This document shows positions 24,227 through 25,544 of a stretch of DNA of 25,544 nucleotides, one piece after another. The position numbers and the translations under genes are program-made. Position 1 is the first letter of the stretch, and each line of letters begins with the position of its first letter. This DNA is from Promethearchaeota archaeon (GTDB taxonomy: Archaea > Asgardarchaeota > Thorarchaeia > Thorarchaeales > Thorarchaeaceae). The notes under the pieces were generated by a model. That model had not been told where the DNA came from, searched no databases, and saw only the letters and a program-made list of their open reading frames with translations. The stretch spans positions 2,583 to 28,126 of the forward strand of contig JALVPN010000176.1 in assembly GCA_027031765.1 (NCBI GenBank), read 5' to 3'.

Positions 24227-24360
24227 TGTAATCATACCTCACTAGCGCTCGTGTCACTGGCTGCACCTACAAACAACATGACTGGCGCGGCCATGTGGTC
24301 TTCGTGAAGGCATTACACGGAGCGCCTTCTACTTTCAAGATAGCACCTACGAAACTACCG

Positions 24361-24368
24361 AATATAAG
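24361..24368 (-). promoter_or_regulatory. Putative TATA box (CTTATATT) for the giant surface protein gene
   Basis: Best TTATA match in the 400-bp intergenic region, about 135 bp upstream of the start. Confidence 0.45.
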
Positions 24369-24635
24369 CTAATGTCGGACATACTGCTCCCAAATATCTA
24401 GACCCACTTCGTCTGTTGCCGAACTCCCGGAGCGGTGCGTGCACGGCTGACGAGATGTGAATCCATCGGGCCCGACCTGAGCCGCTGATGTTGTTGTCGG
24501 CCACGGCCTTGCATGTACGAGACGCGGTAGGTGGAGCAGCGGCCCGCAGGCACAGCAACAGGTACAGTACCAAGAGGGACTGGCGGGGGGCCCACACGGA
24601 CTCTCGGAGAGCCCCCACATACCCACCTGTGCCAC

Positions 24636-25544
24636 CTATCCGGTAAGGAGCATGGTGGCTACGACCGGTGTGGCGTAGGCTTCTATCAGGGCCGCGATCA
24701 GGAGGAAGAACAGCAGGAGGAGATACGTCCTCCACGTGCGGCCGCTGGTGAGTATCTCCATCGCAGTACGCGTCACTGCTGACCAGTCCTCCCTCGAAAT
24801 CGGCTCTGCCATGTCCCGGGCAATCCTCAGTGCCACGGCTCCTGCGAAGAGGAACGTCGGTATCTCGACGATGGCATGTGGCAGTACCCAGGCCAGGAAC
24901 TCCACCGCGTTCCAGCCGAGGGTCAGGTAGATGACCCAGATCCCACCGAGGTTCAGCGCGGTCGAGAGGATCTCTGCGATTGCCACGGACATCAGGCTGA
25001 ACTTGATGTACACTATCAGCAGGTCCTCATCCGTCCGTGAGAGCACCTTGTATGGGATTGCCAGGACCATCGCCAGCACGACGAGCGCAATCAGTGTGAA
25101 CTGGTCGTCGTAGACAAAGTACTGCATGGCCATGAGGACCAGGGCGGCCGGGAACCACCAGCCACCGGTACCCATCCCGCGCGCGTGTCGCACCAGAGCG
25201 ATGAGTGCGGTGGCGAGGACGAGGACGCCGAACAGCACGAGGGCACGCAGGCCGAGCTCCGCGGCCAGGTTCCAGTCGGCAGCAGGGTCGAAGTAGAAGT
25301 TCCCGGTAGCGAGGTCATAGGATGTCCAGAGAACAGTCGCCCCCGTGGCAATGAGGAGGAGCACAATGCCCATGAGGGCGGTGCGTGACTCACCAGGTGT
25401 CTTCTCGGCGGCCAAGAGCCACAGCACCGCACACCAGAAGACCGGCCCGATGACAAGCATCATCAGGACACGGACTGCGTTGTGCTCGAAGACTATCGCA
25501 AAGGGGCTCGCAGAGAGCTGGAGTACCTTCTCAAGGCCGGTGGG
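24636..25544 (-). CDS. SpoIIM (stage II sporulation protein M / DUF95) family multi-pass membrane protein, 5'-truncated by the window edge
   Basis: VLPHAIVEIP..LFAGAVAL and LLIAALIEAYATP match the family PHG..E.P and AA.IE...TP motifs. The frame stays open from ATG 25463 to base 25544 (PTGLEKVLQLSASPFAIVFEHNAVRVL), so the true start lies outside the window. Confidence 0.78.
   Translation of the reverse strand, partial: PTGLEKVLQLSASPFAIVFEHNAVRVLMMLVIGPVFWCAVLWLLAAEKTPGESRTALMGIVLLLIATGATVLWTSYDLATGNFYFDPAADWNLAAELGLRALVLFGVLVLATALIALVRHARGMGTGGWWFPAALVLMAMQYFVYDDQFTLIALVVLAMVLAIPYKVLSRTDEDLLIVYIKFSLMSVAIAEILSTALNLGGIWVIYLTLGWNAVEFLAWVLPHAIVEIPTFLFAGAVALRIARDMAEPISREDWSAVTRTAMEILTSGRTWRTYLLLLFFLLIAALIEAYATPVVATMLLTG

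Noticed and set aside
24274-24295. Possible hairpin ACATGACTGGCGCGGCCATGT in the giant gene leader
   Set aside because: Only 4 plus 3 bp with a 4-nt bulge; not distinguishable from chance.
24355-24782. Small ORFs in the 400-bp gap upstream of the giant gene (88, 126, 65 and 83 aa)
   Set aside because: No motifs or RBS, composition typical of non-coding frames, and they overlap the predicted promoter or the SpoIIM-like gene.
1-25544. CRISPR arrays, tRNA/rRNA genes, transposases, integrases or terminal inverted repeats
   Set aside because: No regularly spaced repeats, cloverleaf-compatible segments or mobile-element motifs seen; the intergenic gaps are short and base composition looks uniform.

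Overview
A GC-rich (roughly 60% by eye), gene-dense chromosomal segment with no mobile element, CRISPR array or RNA gene that I can support. It looks archaeal: TATA-like boxes, GGAGGTG(A)-type ribosome-binding sites, frequent AGG/ATA codons, a LipS1/LipS2 lipoyl synthase pair and a sequon-rich, C-terminally anchored surface protein. An Asgard origin (Thorarchaeia-like) is my best guess, but that is inference. Contents from left to right: (1) a dipeptide/oligopeptide ABC transporter dppBCDF on the + strand, with no substrate-binding gene in the window and a DppC carrying four extra N-terminal TM helices; (2) a minus-strand lipoate-assembly cluster lipS2-lipS1-lpl(AB)::DUF116-lipT-like flavoprotein, in which the ligase is fused to a Cys-rich DUF116-like domain; (3) a + strand run mutS-rpe-tal-ytcJ-like amidohydrolase-mutL, with an endonuclease-type MutL; (4) a YbjN/CesT-fold small protein; (5) a ~1,982-aa secreted, membrane-anchored glycoprotein with about 50 N-glycosylation sequons, a polyproline tract, degenerate repeats and DxDxD-type loops; (6) a 5'-truncated SpoIIM-family membrane protein that appears to carry a large multi-TM insertion. 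The strongest leads for new biology are the Lpl(AB)-DUF116 fusion inside the LipS1/S2/LipT cluster, and the giant surface glycoprotein with its SpoIIM-like neighbour. All family calls come from recognising motifs by eye; no database search was run.
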